From Azolla caroliniana (lineage: Eukaryota > Plantae > Polypodiophyta): a stretch of 10,122 bases of DNA. Below are positions 8,858 through 10,122 of this stretch, in pieces (within the stretch, counting starts at the first letter, position 1; each line of letters begins with the position of its first letter). The notes beneath the pieces were generated by a model that was given only the letters and a program-made list of their open reading frames with translations, made no database searches and had not been told where the DNA came from. The position numbers and the translations under genes are program-made. The stretch covers positions 1 through 10,122 of the forward strand of contig JBHGNT010001299.1 of NCBI GenBank assembly GCA_043228905.1, written 5' to 3'.

Positions 8858-9121
8858 AATAAGATAGAAGCCCCCAAAATGGACATGGTAGTTAATACAG
8901 TTGATGTCTTCAAGGAGGACTTTTTCATAATTTTCCATTACTACCCAAAACTATACTGAATACTTTTTCATAATGGATCAACTCAGTTAAATAAGATAGA
9001 GGCCCCCAAATTGGACATGGTAGTTAATACAGTTTATGTCTCCAAGGAGGACTTTTTCATAATTTTCCATTACTACCCAAATCTATGCTGAATACTTTTT
9101 CATAATGGATCAACTCAGTTA
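8858..9121 (+). repeat. 132-bp direct tandem duplication (2 copies)
   Basis: 8858-8989 versus 8990-9121: 6 substitutions and no indels (126/132), followed by AATA microhomology. Confidence 0.95.
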
Positions 9122-9315
9122 AATACTGTTGGCAGTTAATATAGTTAGTTGCTGAAGCATTTGTTTTCTATTTTAACTCCAACAATACAGAGAAGGAGAC
9201 ATAAAACAACGAATTCTTGGTTTGTTTCATAGCTCCATTACAACAAACAAAACAAACAATTGCAGAGGAAAGAAAACGAATTATTTTTATTTATTCTCAT
9301 CAAACAAAAAGGAAT

Positions 9316-9360
9316 TATGTGTAGGGGAAGACAACAATGTCTTTTCTTCCCCTGCACATA
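9316..9360. repeat. Inverted repeat / hairpin, 16-bp arms and 13-nt loop
   Basis: TATGTGTAGGGGAAGA (9316-9331) versus TCTTCCCCTGCACATA (9345-9360); 15/16 complementary. Confidence 0.9.
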
Positions 9361-9546
9361 TGTATATGTACAACTCAAATAATATATGTTGAAAGAAAAT
9401 TAATAGGTAATGCTAGAACCAATGGACTTGGTTGGGTGATTAATAAACAATAGATAAGCCAAGTTTCTGAGGAAACAAAAAGGAGCAAACAGAACCCAAT
9501 TGTAGGTTTTGTGAGCTCAATTTCTTCCTTATTCAGAAAGTGTTGT

Positions 9547-9560
9547 TTTAGGGTTTAGGG
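9547..9560 (+). repeat. (TTTAGGG)2 plant telomere-type / telo-box motif
   Basis: Two exact TTTAGGG units about 170 nt downstream of the RBOH stop codon. Confidence 0.6.
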
Positions 9561-9729
9561 TTTGGACTTTAGATACTAATAAGAAGCATGTGTTCTATTT
9601 TGTTGAGCTCTGGGTTTTTAGTATGTCTATTTAGTTCAATATGTTAGAACTATATGACACTTCTCTTGTAAACAAGATTTTAGGTTAAAATAAAGGGTTT
9701 AACCGTAATGGGAATATACGAATCCTGTT

Positions 9730-9839
9730 CTAGAAGTTCTCTTTATGAAATTCAAATCTTGTGCTGGAAGAATGGTTGTAAACCTTGACTAGATTCTCCA
9801 GTTCCTTTGCAAGCATCAATGGACCACAATAAAAAACTC
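9730..9839 (-). CDS. RBOH: Respiratory burst oxidase homolog (NADPH oxidase), last coding exon
   Basis: (G)[35 protein letters not shown] carries the NOX/RBOH GVFYCG and terminal FEFHKENF motifs. Preceded by a CAG acceptor (9842-9840); TAG stop at 9732-9730. Confidence 0.97.
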
Positions 9840-9951
9840 CTGTTTTTTTTTTTTTAAAGAGGCAAAATGTGAGAAAAACAAACCAAAAACACTTGAATCA
9901 CTAGTGAGAAAGCTCATAATATGAGATGGATGATTTTTTAACATTGCATAC
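9840..9951 (-). other. RBOH: RBOH last intron (112 nt, phase 1)
   Basis: GTATGC...A13-CAG; splicing restores the Gly codon G|GA of GVFYCG. Confidence 0.93.
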
Positions 9952-10030
9952 CAATCGTCGATCCTTTATGGATATTCGCGACCCGAGTGAATACTTTCTT
10001 CCAATTTGGTCTCGCAAAGTGGGTCCTCAC
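9952..10030 (-). CDS. RBOH: RBOH penultimate coding exon (79 nt)
   Basis: VRTHFARPNWKKVFTRVANIHKGSTI(G) contains the conserved RBOH THFARPNW motif; flanked by CAG and GT. Confidence 0.97.
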
Positions 10031-10115
10031 CTGCCATTCCAAGTCATGACTTAACCTGAAGATCCTCCCCAAAATGTATGTGATAATGTATGTATAGTTG
10101 ACAACAAACACCTAC
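10031..10115 (-). other. RBOH: RBOH intron (85 nt, phase 0)
   Basis: AGG|GTAGGT...GGCAG|GTG; splicing gives T-R-V-R-T-H-F as in the conserved SGTRVRTHF. Confidence 0.9.
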
Positions 10116-10122
10116 CCTGGTT
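10116..10122 (-). CDS. RBOH: 3' tip of the upstream RBOH exon; gene continues beyond the window
   Basis: A-ACC-AGG encodes (G)-T-R, the residues expected before VRTHF. Confidence 0.8.

Noticed and set aside
8611-8959. Overlapping ORFs 8611-8928 (-) and 8663-8959 (+)
   Set aside because: No recognisable domain, they run into the tandem duplication, and they are probably chance ORFs.
9547-9563. Interstitial telomere or chromosome-healing site
   Set aside because: Only two units, and telo-box-sized motifs are common in plant genomes.

Overview
AT-rich land-plant genomic DNA. A moss such as Physcomitrium is a plausible but unverified source, inferred from the Tcn1-like chromovirus. Bases 1-~5421 are a stack of three decayed LTR retrotransposons. 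(i) The 3' end of a Ty3/Gypsy chromovirus on + (integrase HHCC, DDE and GPY/F motifs, chromodomain, PPT, 405-bp 3' LTR at 1323-1727). It is inserted about 30 codons into (ii) the gag of a Ty1/Copia element 'A' on - (LTR, tRNA-iMet PBS, gag start). Element A abuts (iii) the truncated integrase of a second, different Copia element 'B' on - (LTR, PBS, gag, zinc knuckle, protease, integrase). Bases ~5422-9700 are intergenic, with an orphan intron-like segment, a 132-bp tandem duplication and a 45-bp hairpin. The right end holds the last two coding exons, plus the tip of a third, of an apparently intact RBOH (plant NADPH oxidase) gene on -, which the ORF track misses. I see no new multi-gene system. 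The most unusual signals are in the Gypsy LTR: an antisense tRNA-shaped cassette with A/B-box spacing, a perfect 4-unit heat-shock element inside a long inverted repeat next to the TATA box, and a 32-bp duplication spanning the insertion junction.
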